From Candidatus Woesebacteria bacterium (lineage in GTDB: Bacteria > Patescibacteriota > Microgenomatia > UBA8517): a DNA stretch of 64,000 bases. Shown piece after piece: positions 39,075 through 50,245 of the stretch (position 1 is the stretch's first letter; every line of letters starts with the position of its first letter). Both the position numbers and the translations under genes were made by a program. The stretch lies in NCBI GenBank assembly GCA_963784785.1, contig CAWASW010000001.1, forward strand, positions 9,312-73,311. The letters run 5' to 3'. The notes beneath the pieces were generated by a model that worked only from the letters and a program-made list of their open reading frames with translations, searched no databases and had not been told where the DNA came from.

Positions 39075-39129
39075 CAATTTATATTGGTTTATATTTTGTC
39101 ATAATATAAATTAACAGTAATTTATATTG

Positions 39130-40896
39130 TCATTCTGCTGTTTTTGGCATGTCTTCCAACTTTTTGAGCTCAGATATGGCTGTTTGGTAGTCGTTGGTAT
39201 TTGCGTCGACAAGTTTTAAGACAAGATTCATTTGTTCTTTGGCTTTATCTATCTGGTTATCTCCTTTATAAGCCATAGCAAGGTTAAAATGGCTATTTGC
39301 AAAGTCAGGTTTGGCAAGAACTGCAAGCTCAAATATTTTAATGGCATCTTTATAATTTCCTTGAGCTAAATAAATACCCCCAAGTTTTATTCTTAAAATT
39401 GGATTAATCGGATTTAAAAATATAGCTTGACCATAGCTTTGAATTGCAAATTTATCAACGTCTTTTATGAAAGGGGAGATGTTAACATAAATGTCTCCCA
39501 TATTTTCCCAAGATGTAGATTTATTTGGATTAATCGATATTGCAGCTTTTGCTTCCTGAATTGACTGCTGTATTAATTGAGTTAATGTTTTTTTATCTTC
39601 TTCCGTAATATCTTTTTTTGTTGAGAGGCTTTGCGCAAGCCTAATATTTATTTCTGCTGATTGCAAATGATATCTATCAACAAATGGATTGGCGTTAACA
39701 GTCTTATTGATTGAATCATAGGTTTTAATAGCCTCATTTTGGGAAATATATCGAGCCGTTTGTTCGAACAAATACTCTGCGTAAAATGCTTTGTAAACAT
39801 AATACATAGATGCAAAAATTAACAAAAATAACGGTATTGTCATCACAACCAGTGGAATATTAGAGTTAAATGTCCCTCCAACCTCTTTTGTTTTGTTATT
39901 TAGTGCAAATAATAAAAATATAATTGGGAAAAAGGCAGGAGAATAGGGATATAGAAAAGAAATTATGAATGCAATTAGGATAGCAGCGTTATATGGATTT
40001 AATTCTAATATATTTTTGAGGCTAAATATAAAGATTGATAAAAACAACAATATTCCAATTATTCCAACTTCAGCCGTTACGGTTAAGAAAGTGTTTGAAC
40101 CTACCAAAAATCTTGAATTCCAATTAGCATACGAATTTGAGATAACTGGTCTGAATCTATCGTAACTTGAGACAAAGTTTGTTGGCCCAACCCCAATTAA
40201 AGGTCTTTCTTTTAATGAATCTACAGCGACAGACCAACTAACTTTGATGTTAGGTAGGAGCGGCGAGGTAACTTTACCAGGGAGAATTGCGTACAGATTA
40301 GTAAATGCGCTTATAAAAATTATTAAACTTGTGATATTAAAAAATATTTTATAGATTACATTTTTATTTTTAATGATTTCAAATACTGATATAGATAGTG
40401 TAACTATTGTGTAAGAAAATGAATTAATAAGGTTGCCAAAATTTGCGTAGTTATTTTTAATTAAGCCAGTAAAGGCCAATATCTGCAAAATTGAAAAAAT
40501 AGTAGAAGATAATACGATCACTTTACTTACATCATCTTTATCTTTGTTATCTAATTGATTTGCAAAAAAATAAATGATTGCTCCAAGAAAAATAAAGCTT
40601 GAAGTTCCGGGTAGGAAGAAAGCATCCATCTTGCTTGGTGATGCAAAGATACCTAGTAAGATGTATATTGATGCTATTCCTAGGATAAATAGGTCAAGAG
40701 CTGATAAATTCATTTTTATCCCTTTTTGAAAAAAAGTCTTTATCAATTTGACTATTAAAATAGTGGCTGTAAACAAAGAAAGCAATAATAGTCTGGATGT
40801 TTCTGGACTATTTGAATAAAATGACAGGAAAAAAAGAGGATAAACAAAAAATAAAATAAGTAGCAAATATTTATCAATTAGTTTTACTATCTTCAT
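39130..40896 (-). CDS. O-antigen-ligase-like multi-TM protein with C-terminal TPRs
   Basis: About 12 TM, W......RPLIGVGP.NF, AEVGIIG, TPR tail AVLAKPDFANSHFNLA. Confidence 0.82.
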   Translation of the reverse strand: MKIVKLIDKYLLLILFFVYPLFFLSFYSNSPETSRLLLLSLFTATILIVKLIKTFFQKGIKMNLSALDLFILGIASIYILLGIFASPSKMDAFFLPGTSSFIFLGAIIYFFANQLDNKDKDDVSKVIVLSSTIFSILQILAFTGLIKNNYANFGNLINSFSYTIVTLSISVFEIIKNKNVIYKIFFNITSLIIFISAFTNLYAILPGKVTSPLLPNIKVSWSVAVDSLKERPLIGVGPTNFVSSYDRFRPVISNSYANWNSRFLVGSNTFLTVTAEVGIIGILLFLSIFIFSLKNILELNPYNAAILIAFIISFLYPYSPAFFPIIFLLFALNNKTKEVGGTFNSNIPLVVMTIPLFLLIFASMYYVYKAFYAEYLFEQTARYISQNEAIKTYDSINKTVNANPFVDRYHLQSAEINIRLAQSLSTKKDITEEDKKTLTQLIQQSIQEAKAAISINPNKSTSWENMGDIYVNISPFIKDVDKFAIQSYGQAIFLNPINPILRIKLGGIYLAQGNYKDAIKIFELAVLAKPDFANSHFNLAMAYKGDNQIDKAKEQMNLVLKLVDANTNDYQTAISELKKLEDMPKTAE

Positions 40897-40903
40897 AACT
40901 TTA

Positions 40904-43900
40904 TTATATAGATCCTAGGTCAATTATCCACCAATTAAATTCAACATCTGTATCTATGCTTTCTGAAAAGCCTACAGTAAACATGCCTGCGTCTTTTGAT
41001 TTCACAAATAATACCTTGTTTTGAGTTGAGGAGATAGGTGTTACATAGATTAAGCTGTTTTCCTTAATTTTTGAATTTTTGATTTTAAGTTCTGACAGTC
41101 CAGCTGCAAGTTTTGCAGTTCCTGCTGTTGAGTTTGAGTTAGTCTCGCCAATTATAATCTCCCCAGAAGGCGAGGCGTTTAAAGCATCAGCTGCAACTAT
41201 AAAGTTGCCATCTAATTTAAGATTTCCTGCAACTTCTACGTTTCCTTGGAAGGTTACGTCTCCACTAGTCTCAATTTTAATTTTGCCTGCCATCATCTCG
41301 ATTGGAGCTTGGGCTAATGGTTGAATTGAAAGGGCAGTATCAAGTGACCCAAAGGCTTTAACTGCAATACTATCTGATACAAATAGATTGGTAAATGCTA
41401 CTTGGCCTGTTGCAAACAGGTCTGTGAATTGTCCAGACTCTGTGGCAGTGTTGATATTCCACGATGTACTTTGAGATAGTAAGTTCTGGTTACTTTCGAC
41501 TTCTGTCAACATCTTTTCAATGTTTTTGAGTTTCTCAGATTCTATGTTATCTGCATACAGAGTTCCGGAGATGGTGGCATCATTTGTTTCAATGCTATTA
41601 GATTCTATTTTTCCAGTTGTATCAATTGAAGCTACTATTTCATCATTTTCTCCTTTGATTGCAAGTTTAGATGCATTTTGACTATTGTCAGGTTGTAGAT
41701 CGATTATTAAATCAGCATTTGCTACAGGAGAAATTAAGTTTGTTTCAACTTTTCCAAAAGAGCCAACACCTGCTATAAGTTTAGCTACTGTGGCTGAAGC
41801 AAAGGATCCTATTTTGTCTGTAATGCCATTTGATGTGGCGACTGAGTAGCCGGTGACAGCACTACCGTTTAGTGTGACATCGCCAGTTGAGTTGATGGCT
41901 AGGTCGGGATCAAAATGTGTTGGGTTTGTGAATACTAATATTTTTCCGATTCCAGATGGAGGGTCGATTGGATCTTTATTTACCGTAATATTTGCATCTT
42001 TTCGTACCTTCTCTTGTTCTCTTGTACCCACAGACACTTGTGTAGATCCATCATATTTCTCAAGAGCTTTACCAATTACTCTACTATATTTTGTGGCTTT
42101 CATTGCTACTCCAGGAGTGGAGGAAGATGTAAGCCAATCATTGATTAAAATTGGCCCATTTTCTAATGAGACTTTTATTGGTACTCTACCAGAGAGCCCT
42201 ATGGCTTGAGGATTTTGATCATAACTTATTGTATTTTCTCCAAGCGGGCTACCATTTGGACCACTTGGAGTTGTTGATATTGCTCCAATAATATTTTGGT
42301 CATATACATTAGTTGTTTTAATAGCTCTATAACCGACTTTTGAATTAGAATCTGGTATTAAAGTAAGTAAATCTCCTGGATCAGTATCAGAAATACTTGG
42401 ATAAAATTCAGCTATGTCTGTTGGAGTTGTTGAGCAATCGCGTAGTATTACATCATTTGTTGCACTAGTTATGCCGGAATGACAAACACCAAAAGTGGAT
42501 GTAGTTGTGTCAAGGTCCAGTGTAACGGTACTACTTGTAGTATTTTGATTGAGAGAGACAGCACCGCTTCCAGCTATTGTCATTTTGGTAGAGACTGTTT
42601 GAAGAGTTGTCCCTGTTGTAAGGGTAGTTCCTGTTTGAAAAAAAATATTACTTGATCCGGTGCCTGTACCAACTCCAGATTTCAGAAGAAGATTGCCGCC
42701 AGTAACGTCTGCTGATCCAGCTGTAGTGCTACCTGACTCGATAAGTAAGTTTCTGCCTGTCGTACCAGCAGCACTACTTTCTATCCAAATTTTTTGAGCA
42801 ATATCATTGTTAAAACTAAGAGCGTTTGTGGGTGCTGCTGTTCCAATACCTACAAACCCTGTACTTGTATCTACATAAAATTGGCTTGTATTTACTGTAA
42901 AATCGCCAGTAGTTGATAATGCTATATTCAAATTTGCTCCTGCATTTGGGGTTATTGTTAAAGCTCCTGTTGAAGTAATATCATTGCCATTTATTGCTAT
43001 GTCTCCTGCAGTTGTTATACTTCCTGTTGATCCTACAACATCAAAATTGGTTAAATCTATATTTGCAGTTGTACCTATTATATTGTTATCTCCAATAGAT
43101 AGTGAATTTGTATAGTCAACGTCAGTTAAAATTACTGCAGTTGTTCTAGGGGAGTTTGCAGATAATGTTAATATACCTGTCTCTGCCATATTCCAGTTTT
43201 CTCCTCCAGTAAGAGTAAGTTGGGTTGCTGCGTTAACGTTTCCAATAGTAATAAAGTCAGCGGCTGTTTCGTTTGTTGCAATGTTAATTGTATCTGCTGC
43301 AGATAATGTTACCCCTCCAATATCAATTGTTTTTGTAGTGGTATTGTCCAAGAAATTAAAGGCTGCTGCAGTTGATGTTATGTCTCCGCCGTTAATTGCA
43401 ATGTCGCTTGCAAGAGTTAATAACCCTGCAGTATCAATTGAGGCAACATTTGTTGTGTTGTGATTGTAAATCATCAATGGATTAGTTGTTGCTGGTACAG
43501 AGGTTCCGCTATATCCAAGATTTATGTCTCCAGTAGGATTAATCGACATTTTTGTGACACCTGAAACAGAAGCAGTAAACAAATCTCCAAGTTTTGTTTG
43601 GTCAACTATTAAGGCGGCTTCACCAACATTGGCATTGTTATAAACTGTCCAGTTACTACCAGATAGTGTATTTGAAGATGCTGCAGGTGTTGCAGAAAGA
43701 TTCATTACTGCGGTTCCTGCGGAGTTTGCAATTTGACCTCCCACAAGTTTTAGATTTCCAGATAGGGAAGTGATGGCTGCAGTTAATGCAATTGTTCCAT
43801 CTGTCGTGTTATCAATAGTCTCAGCATTACTAAGTGAAATTTCCTTTGTAAAAGTTCCTGAAAAGTTAAGTCCTGTTGTAAGTGTTCCACCTGCAGTATC

Positions 43901-46900
43901 TACTATATTTAGCCCTGTTGCTAAATCCCCAGCACTATTTGTAATAGTTATTCCATTTGTCATGGCAGAACTTGCAGCTGAGTCTACTTTAATACCATTT
44001 GTAACAATTGTAGTTCCTGCCGTTGTCGTATCTAATTGCTGCACTAATAACAAATTTTCAGTTGTAGTGTCAGTAAAAGATCCTGCAACTGCATTATTAA
44101 TAACTAACCCGTTTTGTGTGGTTGCTGAACCTCCATTGTTTACGATGTTGTATGTCATTGCGTCAAGGCCAGCAGTTGGAGTCCATCCAAATGTTGTTGC
44201 GTTAGTTCCCATTGCTAAAGTGAGAGCTGCATCAGGAGCAGTAAGTTGACTCCACTTAAGTGCAGAGGCAGTTATTGAATTGCTCCAGCTCATGACTCCT
44301 GAAGTATCAGAAGTTAAAAAGTACCCTGTTGCTGCTGCTGACATGGCAGTAGGTAGGGTATATGTAGCATCAGCAGTTTGTGTACCTCCTGTGAATGTTG
44401 TTGAGAATGCATTGTCTCCAGCCCCAATTATTTTTAATGTTCCTGTTGTGTTTGTAGTTCCTGCAGTTTTGTCTTCTCCAATAGTGACTCCTGTTGAGCC
44501 AACTATGTGAAGCGCTGATGCCGGTGCTGTTGTTCCCATTCCTACCTTACCTGCGCTTAAAACCAAAGTGTTTGCAGTTGCTGATGCCTTAATAGCGGTA
44601 AAGACATCAACTGCATTTACATTAATACGAATATCTTGTGCATTTCCTGCTGAATATACTGATGCGTTTCCTCCAGTGTTGAATGTAATTCCAGCCCCAT
44701 AATTTGCAGGAGAGGTTACAGTTATATAGCTTGAAGTTGCTGCCACCGGTCCGAGTGCTAATAACGTCGCCGGAGCAGTTGTACCAATTCCGACTTTCCC
44801 TTTTAATGCAGTTGTTGTGATAGTATCTGCACCAAGTGTGACAGTATTACTTCCAATACCCGTTGCATCATAACCTATTACAATTTCATTCTGATCATTA
44901 TCAGCAAGTCCTTTGGTATTTGTTCCTAGATATAAGGAGAAATCAGATGTTAAATTTGCTGTTGCTCCACCAGTTATGTAAGTTCCTGCGTTTTGTCCGA
45001 TTCCAATGTTGTTATTTCCTGATTGGTTGTATCTTAATGCAAGTTGTCCTATTGCAGCATTTCCAGCTCCTGTGTTTGTTGAGTTTAGCGATTGAGATCC
45101 AACTGCTGTGTTACCGTATCCAGTAGTATCTGATAATAGTGCTTGATAGCCCAAGGCTGTATTGTGGTATCCAGTAGTTACTGCTGGTAAAGTGCTTACA
45201 CCTGAACCTGTGTTATAACTACCTTGGTAGGTTGCAATTGCTGTTGAACCCATTGTAAAGTTTCCTGAATTAACTCCAGTAAATGTGTTATTTCCAAGTG
45301 TTGTGATGCCTCCTCCATTAAGACCATAATTAAAATTATGAATAAACCTGTCTGCTCCTTTGTAAACTATTCCGGATTGGTCCGCAAATGTTGTGGTTGG
45401 AACCTCAATATTTCCTACAACATCTAATTTTTGAGTTGGGGCGGTTGTTCCTATACCAACAAATCCAGTACTTGTTATCCTCATTCTTTCAGAAAGTGCA
45501 GGTCCATCGTCAGGAGTGGTAAAAAATGATAGGAAGGATGGGTAGTCTCCAGTTGTACCTTGCCAATATTGGTCTGCATAAGCTCCGATTTTTGCACCAA
45601 CACCATCTTCACCAGTAAATCTATCGTTGCCTGCAAATTTTATTTCTCCTAGAATATAATCTGTCGTTAAATTTATTCCAGTTGAAGATTGTCGAAAAGA
45701 TAACATTGGGCCTTCTGCTTCAGTACCAGTTTTTAAAATTTCTAATTGACTTTCTGGGGCGGTTGTTCCTATACCAACTCTGTGATTTGTGGCATCGACT
45801 ATTAAAGTATCTGTATCCCAAACAAGTGAATTACCTGTTGCTAGAGTATTTGTTAATGCTCCTGTCATAGTGTCTCCAGCTTTTTCTACCCAAACATCTC
45901 CGGTTCCTCCTGCATCAAGCCCAAGACCTGTTCTTGCTGCTGCTGGTGTTGTTGGGTTGTAATTTGTGCCATCTGCCATTAAAAAGTAATTGGCAGTATT
46001 TGTTCCCATAAATAAATCATCTCCTGTAACTGTTAAGTCTCCTGCCATTGTTGTGTTACCAATTGCACTGACTGAAAATTTGGAAGTAGGGGTCGTGGCG
46101 TCACCACCTAGAAAATTTATAAAGTTATATCCTGTCGCCGTTGACTTTACTGTTCCACCATACAAAGCGCCTGATGTGATGTTTGCATTTGTTGCATTTA
46201 GAAATCCATTTGCAGATAATCCTGCTGCAGCCCCTTCAAAAACTAAATCAAGCGTACCAACACCATCAGGGTTGACTGTTATGACACCGTCTGATGCATT
46301 TGGAGTGGTTATGGTCATTGCAAGTCCTTCTACAGCAAATGTGCCTGATGTTGACTGAATTTTTGGAGATGCGTTTGCAAGAACTACACTACCTGCCGAA
46401 TTGATGTAGGGAATTGTCGATGTACCAGTTCCTGCTGGATAACCTTGTAATGTTTCAGAATTTAAAGAATAGGCGACAGTTGCAATTTGAACTCTTGGTG
46501 TTGCTTCAGCATCTGCTCCCATTGTTGCACCTAACCAAATTGCAGCATTCTCTGAAAAAACTGTCGCTGCGATTTCTGCACCACAAGACGAACCAAGTAA
46601 AGTAGAGAAGACTCCATCTTGGTCAGGAGTAATAGAACATGTTCCAGAATCCCAAAGTGCAGCACCACCCGTTGAAACAGAATAAAGTTTAAAGACCATA
46701 TCGGTCGCTACAGTTTTTGGATTTCCTAGATTATCAGTAAGACGTCCTTGAAAGGACATATATCTGTTAGGTCTTGTGAGTGCTGCAGGAAATGCAAGAG
46801 AGTTATCAGCAGTTTTAAATACTTGGTCGTATAATGCATATCCAGAAACTGAAGTAAATAAAACTAATATAGCGACATGAATATAATTTGCTAGAGGATA

Positions 46901-47272
46901 TGAGTGATATTTTTTGTACCAATTTGGTCGATAAAAAAATATATTGTTTAATAATTTAATTGCCTTTGGCTTGTTACTAAATTTGTTAAGAATATGCTCC
47001 TGCCATGTTGCAGCTACTTTCTTAAAACCCATAAAGGAGCTGAAGCTTTTTAGCGTTGAGATTTTTCTGTTTAACGTTGCAGTGTTAGTAAATACTCTGA
47101 TTGAATTTATATATTCCTGAATTAATTCCTGAGTTATTTTTTTATCGGTTGCCCAAGTTAAAAATCCAACTAAATCAGATTTGTAATATTTCAAAGACTT
47201 GTCAGAAACTCCGTGTAAAGTTAAATATTTTAAGAAGTTGTTTGTTTGTGTCTCTTTATTCATTTTCCGCAT
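40904..47272 (-). CDS. 2122-aa fibre-like surface protein with N-terminal integrase SAM-like domain, one TM and an autoproteolytic chaperone-like domain
   Basis: FLKYL...S..SLKYYKSDL..F..W..ATLNRKISTLKSF; TM about aa 130-148; SFQGRLTD; VGIGTTAP and NTALGYQAL repeats; DIAEFY..GRVPIKVS.ENGPI..D.LTSS..PG.AMKA. Confidence 0.82.
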   Translation of the reverse strand: MRKMNKETQTNNFLKYLTLHGVSDKSLKYYKSDLVGFLTWATDKKITQELIQEYINSIRVFTNTATLNRKISTLKSFSSFMGFKKVAATWQEHILNKFSNKPKAIKLLNNIFFYRPNWYKKYHSYPLANYIHVAILVLFTSVSGYALYDQVFKTADNSLAFPAALTRPNRYMSFQGRLTDNLGNPKTVATDMVFKLYSVSTGGAALWDSGTCSITPDQDGVFSTLLGSSCGAEIAATVFSENAAIWLGATMGADAEATPRVQIATVAYSLNSETLQGYPAGTGTSTIPYINSAGSVVLANASPKIQSTSGTFAVEGLAMTITTPNASDGVITVNPDGVGTLDLVFEGAAAGLSANGFLNATNANITSGALYGGTVKSTATGYNFINFLGGDATTPTSKFSVSAIGNTTMAGDLTVTGDDLFMGTNTANYFLMADGTNYNPTTPAAARTGLGLDAGGTGDVWVEKAGDTMTGALTNTLATGNSLVWDTDTLIVDATNHRVGIGTTAPESQLEILKTGTEAEGPMLSFRQSSTGINLTTDYILGEIKFAGNDRFTGEDGVGAKIGAYADQYWQGTTGDYPSFLSFFTTPDDGPALSERMRITSTGFVGIGTTAPTQKLDVVGNIEVPTTTFADQSGIVYKGADRFIHNFNYGLNGGGITTLGNNTFTGVNSGNFTMGSTAIATYQGSYNTGSGVSTLPAVTTGYHNTALGYQALLSDTTGYGNTAVGSQSLNSTNTGAGNAAIGQLALRYNQSGNNNIGIGQNAGTYITGGATANLTSDFSLYLGTNTKGLADNDQNEIVIGYDATGIGSNTVTLGADTITTTALKGKVGIGTTAPATLLALGPVAATSSYITVTSPANYGAGITFNTGGNASVYSAGNAQDIRINVNAVDVFTAIKASATANTLVLSAGKVGMGTTAPASALHIVGSTGVTIGEDKTAGTTNTTGTLKIIGAGDNAFSTTFTGGTQTADATYTLPTAMSAAATGYFLTSDTSGVMSWSNSITASALKWSQLTAPDAALTLAMGTNATTFGWTPTAGLDAMTYNIVNNGGSATTQNGLVINNAVAGSFTDTTTENLLLVQQLDTTTAGTTIVTNGIKVDSAASSAMTNGITITNSAGDLATGLNIVDTAGGTLTTGLNFSGTFTKEISLSNAETIDNTTDGTIALTAAITSLSGNLKLVGGQIANSAGTAVMNLSATPAASSNTLSGSNWTVYNNANVGEAALIVDQTKLGDLFTASVSGVTKMSINPTGDINLGYSGTSVPATTNPLMIYNHNTTNVASIDTAGLLTLASDIAINGGDITSTAAAFNFLDNTTTKTIDIGGVTLSAADTINIATNETAADFITIGNVNAATQLTLTGGENWNMAETGILTLSANSPRTTAVILTDVDYTNSLSIGDNNIIGTTANIDLTNFDVVGSTGSITTAGDIAINGNDITSTGALTITPNAGANLNIALSTTGDFTVNTSQFYVDTSTGFVGIGTAAPTNALSFNNDIAQKIWIESSAAGTTGRNLLIESGSTTAGSADVTGGNLLLKSGVGTGTGSSNIFFQTGTTLTTGTTLQTVSTKMTIAGSGAVSLNQNTTSSTVTLDLDTTTSTFGVCHSGITSATNDVILRDCSTTPTDIAEFYPSISDTDPGDLLTLIPDSNSKVGYRAIKTTNVYDQNIIGAISTTPSGPNGSPLGENTISYDQNPQAIGLSGRVPIKVSLENGPILINDWLTSSSTPGVAMKATKYSRVIGKALEKYDGSTQVSVGTREQEKVRKDANITVNKDPIDPPSGIGKILVFTNPTHFDPDLAINSTGDVTLNGSAVTGYSVATSNGITDKIGSFASATVAKLIAGVGSFGKVETNLISPVANADLIIDLQPDNSQNASKLAIKGENDEIVASIDTTGKIESNSIETNDATISGTLYADNIESEKLKNIEKMLTEVESNQNLLSQSTSWNINTATESGQFTDLFATGQVAFTNLFVSDSIAVKAFGSLDTALSIQPLAQAPIEMMAGKIKIETSGDVTFQGNVEVAGNLKLDGNFIVAADALNASPSGEIIIGETNSNSTAGTAKLAAGLSELKIKNSKIKENSLIYVTPISSTQNKVLFVKSKDAGMFTVGFSESIDTDVEFNWWIIDLGSI

Positions 47273-47620
47273 CTAATTAGTTTAGCCTCAAATTATATAC
47301 ATTATACCGATCTGTACTAATGATAATATATCCGCAGGGGTAGTCAAGAGGCTAAAACAAGAGTAAATCAGTAATTCATTAACACAGTAAATCAACAAGT
47401 TTCACACAACTCATAATTTAATTACCGCATGAAGATTTAATGACCTAACTATATCAGACGATACAAAAAGCAAGTATATAGTACGTTTTATAGTAATTAT
47501 CGGATACAAAATATTGTGCCTAGAAACTCCGAAAACTTAAAATGCGGTTAATTGCGGATATTAAATTAACCGTATTTATATTCTGCAATACTTACGGAAA
47601 TCGGATAATTACTGCATTTT
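47263..47620. repeat. Array of about 12 WWWCCGMWW-like motifs in both orientations
   Basis: TTTTCCGCAT, TATACCGAT, TATCCGCAG, TTACCGCAT, TATCGGATA, AATGCGGTT, TTGCGGATA, TAACCGTAT, TTACGGAAA, ATCGGATAA in very AT-rich DNA. Confidence 0.6.
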
Positions 47621-47810
47621 TTTAAAAATTTTTAATTTTAAATTTTTAGTTTTTAATCAATTTTTGATTTTTAATTTATGGCTAAATATTGTTTTAGAAT
47701 ACTTAATTCGACGTTTAGGTTTTAGCATTTAGCATTTTTAAGTAGTGAGTGCTAAGCATATTTCTGTGTTGTTTTGTCCCAAATTTATGAGTATATTTAT
47801 AAGATAGATT

Positions 47811-48239
47811 ATGGAAGTTGAGAAGAAAAATTATTTTTGGTTAATTGTTATTTTGGTAGTATTTTTACTGACTTTTGGTGTCTTAGTTTATTACATTAGA
47901 ATAAACGGGTCAACAACTGTAGTTAATACTGTTTCAGAAGGCAAGCTTTCACTGTCAAACTCCTATATTTTTTCATCACCTGTAAAGGCAAAAGCCAATG
48001 GAGACTCTATAAGATTAACAATTTTTATTTTAGACGAATCAGGTAATGGCGTCACTAATAGGATTACAAGTTTAAAGTCTACAGGTGAGTTAGTTAAGAT
48101 TAATGATATTCAACCCTTAACTGATGAGACAGGGAAAGCTATTTTTGATGTATTATCTGAGACTGCTGGAAATTACGAGCTACAAGCCTTTTCGGAAAAA
48201 ACTGCATTAGACCAGAAAATAAGAGTAACTTTTGAATAA
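47811..48239 (+). CDS. Single-TM protein with Big_1 (invasin-type) Ig-like domain
   Basis: AKANGDSIRLTIFILDESGNGV, TDETGKAIF...AGNY. Confidence 0.8.
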   Translation: MEVEKKNYFWLIVILVVFLLTFGVLVYYIRINGSTTVVNTVSEGKLSLSNSYIFSSPVKAKANGDSIRLTIFILDESGNGVTNRITSLKSTGELVKINDIQPLTDETGKAIFDVLSETAGNYELQAFSEKTALDQKIRVTFE

Positions 48240-48242
48240 TTT

Positions 48243-49074
48243 ATGTTAACTGCTCCTGATATAACAATTGACGCAACTGTCGGCCAAGTAGTTGTCGCAG
48301 AGACCGCCACGCCAACGCCTACAGCTTTACCTACGTCAACACCTATAACCTCGTATCACGTCATCTCCTACAGCGTCTAGTTTAGCTCAAACACCGATGC
48401 CAAGTTTCAAGCCAACATTACTTTCTATTTATGGCTATGGACCTGTTGATTCCGAGGTTACCTTGAGGGGATTTGGAGTGTCTGAGAGAACTAGATCAGA
48501 TAGCATCGGACTATTTCGATTTACATCAATATACAGTTTTGGCTTTAATCAAGGGTTCAATTTTTTATTTCCAGAGTTGTGTATTCAGTCATTTGATAAT
48601 TTAAAAAGAGTTACTGGACCAAGTTGTATTCCAAGTTTAGCGATCGGTAGAAGTGTGCCTTTAGAAATTGGTCCAATCTATTTATCACCAACAATATCAA
48701 TTACTTCTTCTCGTTTTTTAACAGGGTTAACTACTCCTAACACAAATGTCTATTTGCATATTTTTAAAAATAAAAAATATAAATTACCTGTAATAAATTT
48801 AAAGTCTAATGATAGGGGAGAGTTTGAAATAAGTTTACCGACAACAGACCCTGCTAACTATAAATTGTTTGTAACAACAAATGTTGATGGTAACAACTCT
48901 GCTAAAAGTAACACCTTAAAATTCACTGTTATTTCTCCTTCTGAATCGATGTTGCAGTTTATAATTAATTTCTTATTAAGAAACAAAATAATGGCATTCA
49001 TTTTTGTTGAGGTGATAGTCTTCATATTTCTATTTATCAGTGCTTTAAAATCGATTACAAGAAAGTACAATTGA
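48243..49074 (+). pseudogene. Ig-like protein with C-terminal TM; Thr/Pro-rich N-terminus is 1 nt out of frame
   Basis: ATG 48243 MLTAPDITIDATVG..TPTPT, shift near 48352, then continues into ORF 48397..49074. Confidence 0.6.
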
Positions 49075-49077
49075 AAC

Positions 49078-49106
49078 TGTGTCATTGCGAGCGAAGCGTG
49101 GCAATC
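49078..49106. repeat. REP-like repeat, IS target
   Basis: TGTGTCATTGCGAGCGAAGCGTGGCAATC is the exact reverse complement of 63916-63944. Confidence 0.85.
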
Positions 49107-49109
49107 CTA

Positions 49110-50240
49110 GGCTTAATGGAACTAATGTGTTGTTTTTCTAATCCTGTTTTGTTTTATTATCGGCCTTCATTTTTTCAAAGTTGTAATAATATACAAACCA
49201 TTTAAGGTAACTTTCCCAACGAGTCTTTTTAAGGCCTTTATGTCTTAACCATCTTTGTCCTATATGCCCAAATGTAGCTTCAATTTCATTTGTTGTTTTT
49301 GGCATAGTTGGGTGGTCTAAAAACTTGAATGAGGTTTTTGGAAGTTTAATTAGGATCCTGACAGCTTTTCTCACACCTTTATGAATATACCAACTGTGGC
49401 CAGAATCATCTGTCCTCATCTCTTTCAGAAAGAAGAAATTAGCCTTAACCCAATCTTTTAAGATTGTTTCCCAGTATTTCAAAGCTTCATGACTTTCTAT
49501 GAACCAAATGTGGTTTGCAATTTTTATTAATTCTTCAATTCTTCTATCTTTTGAGTGTCTACCAAGTGCATTTACAATATCTCTATGCATATGAGCAAGA
49601 CATATCTGATGTGGAGAGTGGGGGATACACTTCATCAACCGCAGAACAAATGGCAGTTCCTCCATCTGTTACAGAGCCTGAAAATGTGTATTTTAATTCC
49701 TCCTTTATGAACCTCAAATCCTTAACTATTTTTGTTGAAGCCTCTCTACCAGCAATAGATACATGCAAAAGGTACAAAGTTCCACTTTGTCTATACAGCA
49801 TCAAGACAAACCATCTTCCAAACCAAAGCCCATCAATCAAAAGATATGCAGTATCAATTCTTCCAGACAAAGTTTGATCAAATCTAGGAAGTTTTGGAGG
49901 ATCAAGAAGCAATAACTTATGAAATTCACCCTCCAAATATCTTACAGACAAACCTGAGACAGAAGACAGCATTTCATATGTCAAACCCCACAAAATATAC
50001 TGTCTGAAAAGATCAACTACTTTAAAATCTTTCTTTTTATTGTGGTAAATTCTTGAAGTTTTACAAACTTTACAAAACCATCTTTTCTTTCCAGTTCCAG
50101 TCTTTCCCCACAGAAACATTTTACTATTACAGGATATGCACAAAAGTGTTCTTTGACCCATTGAATACTATTCAAACTCAAAATGAGGCGTATTATCAAC
50201 TATATCTTTCTGTTATATCAACACACTATGCTATTAAGCC
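49110..50240 (-). mobile_element. 1131-bp IS (IS256/MULE-like), copy 2
   Basis: Same ends and ORFs as 21936-23066; 8-bp TSD CAATCCTA. Confidence 0.95.
49138..50161 (-). CDS. DDE transposase with the same +1 frameshift as copy 1
   Basis: Translations identical to 21964..22491 and 22409..22987. Confidence 0.85.
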
Positions 50241-50245
50241 CAATC

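Noticed and set aside
47010-47272. Functional site-specific integrase
   Set aside because: Only the N-terminal SAM-like domain is present; no R-H-x-x-R-Y catalytic region, and a TM follows
47273-47810. Chromosomal oriC
   Set aside because: No TTATCCACA DnaA boxes found and no dnaA/dnaN nearby; kept only as an unexplained motif array
18640-48360. Phase variation at single-base frameshifts (A7 at 18643, A8/T9 at 30863-30881, shift near 48352)
   Set aside because: Several one-base shifts, mostly in short homopolymers, in otherwise intact genes are more simply explained by sequencing or assembly error; cannot be resolved without reads
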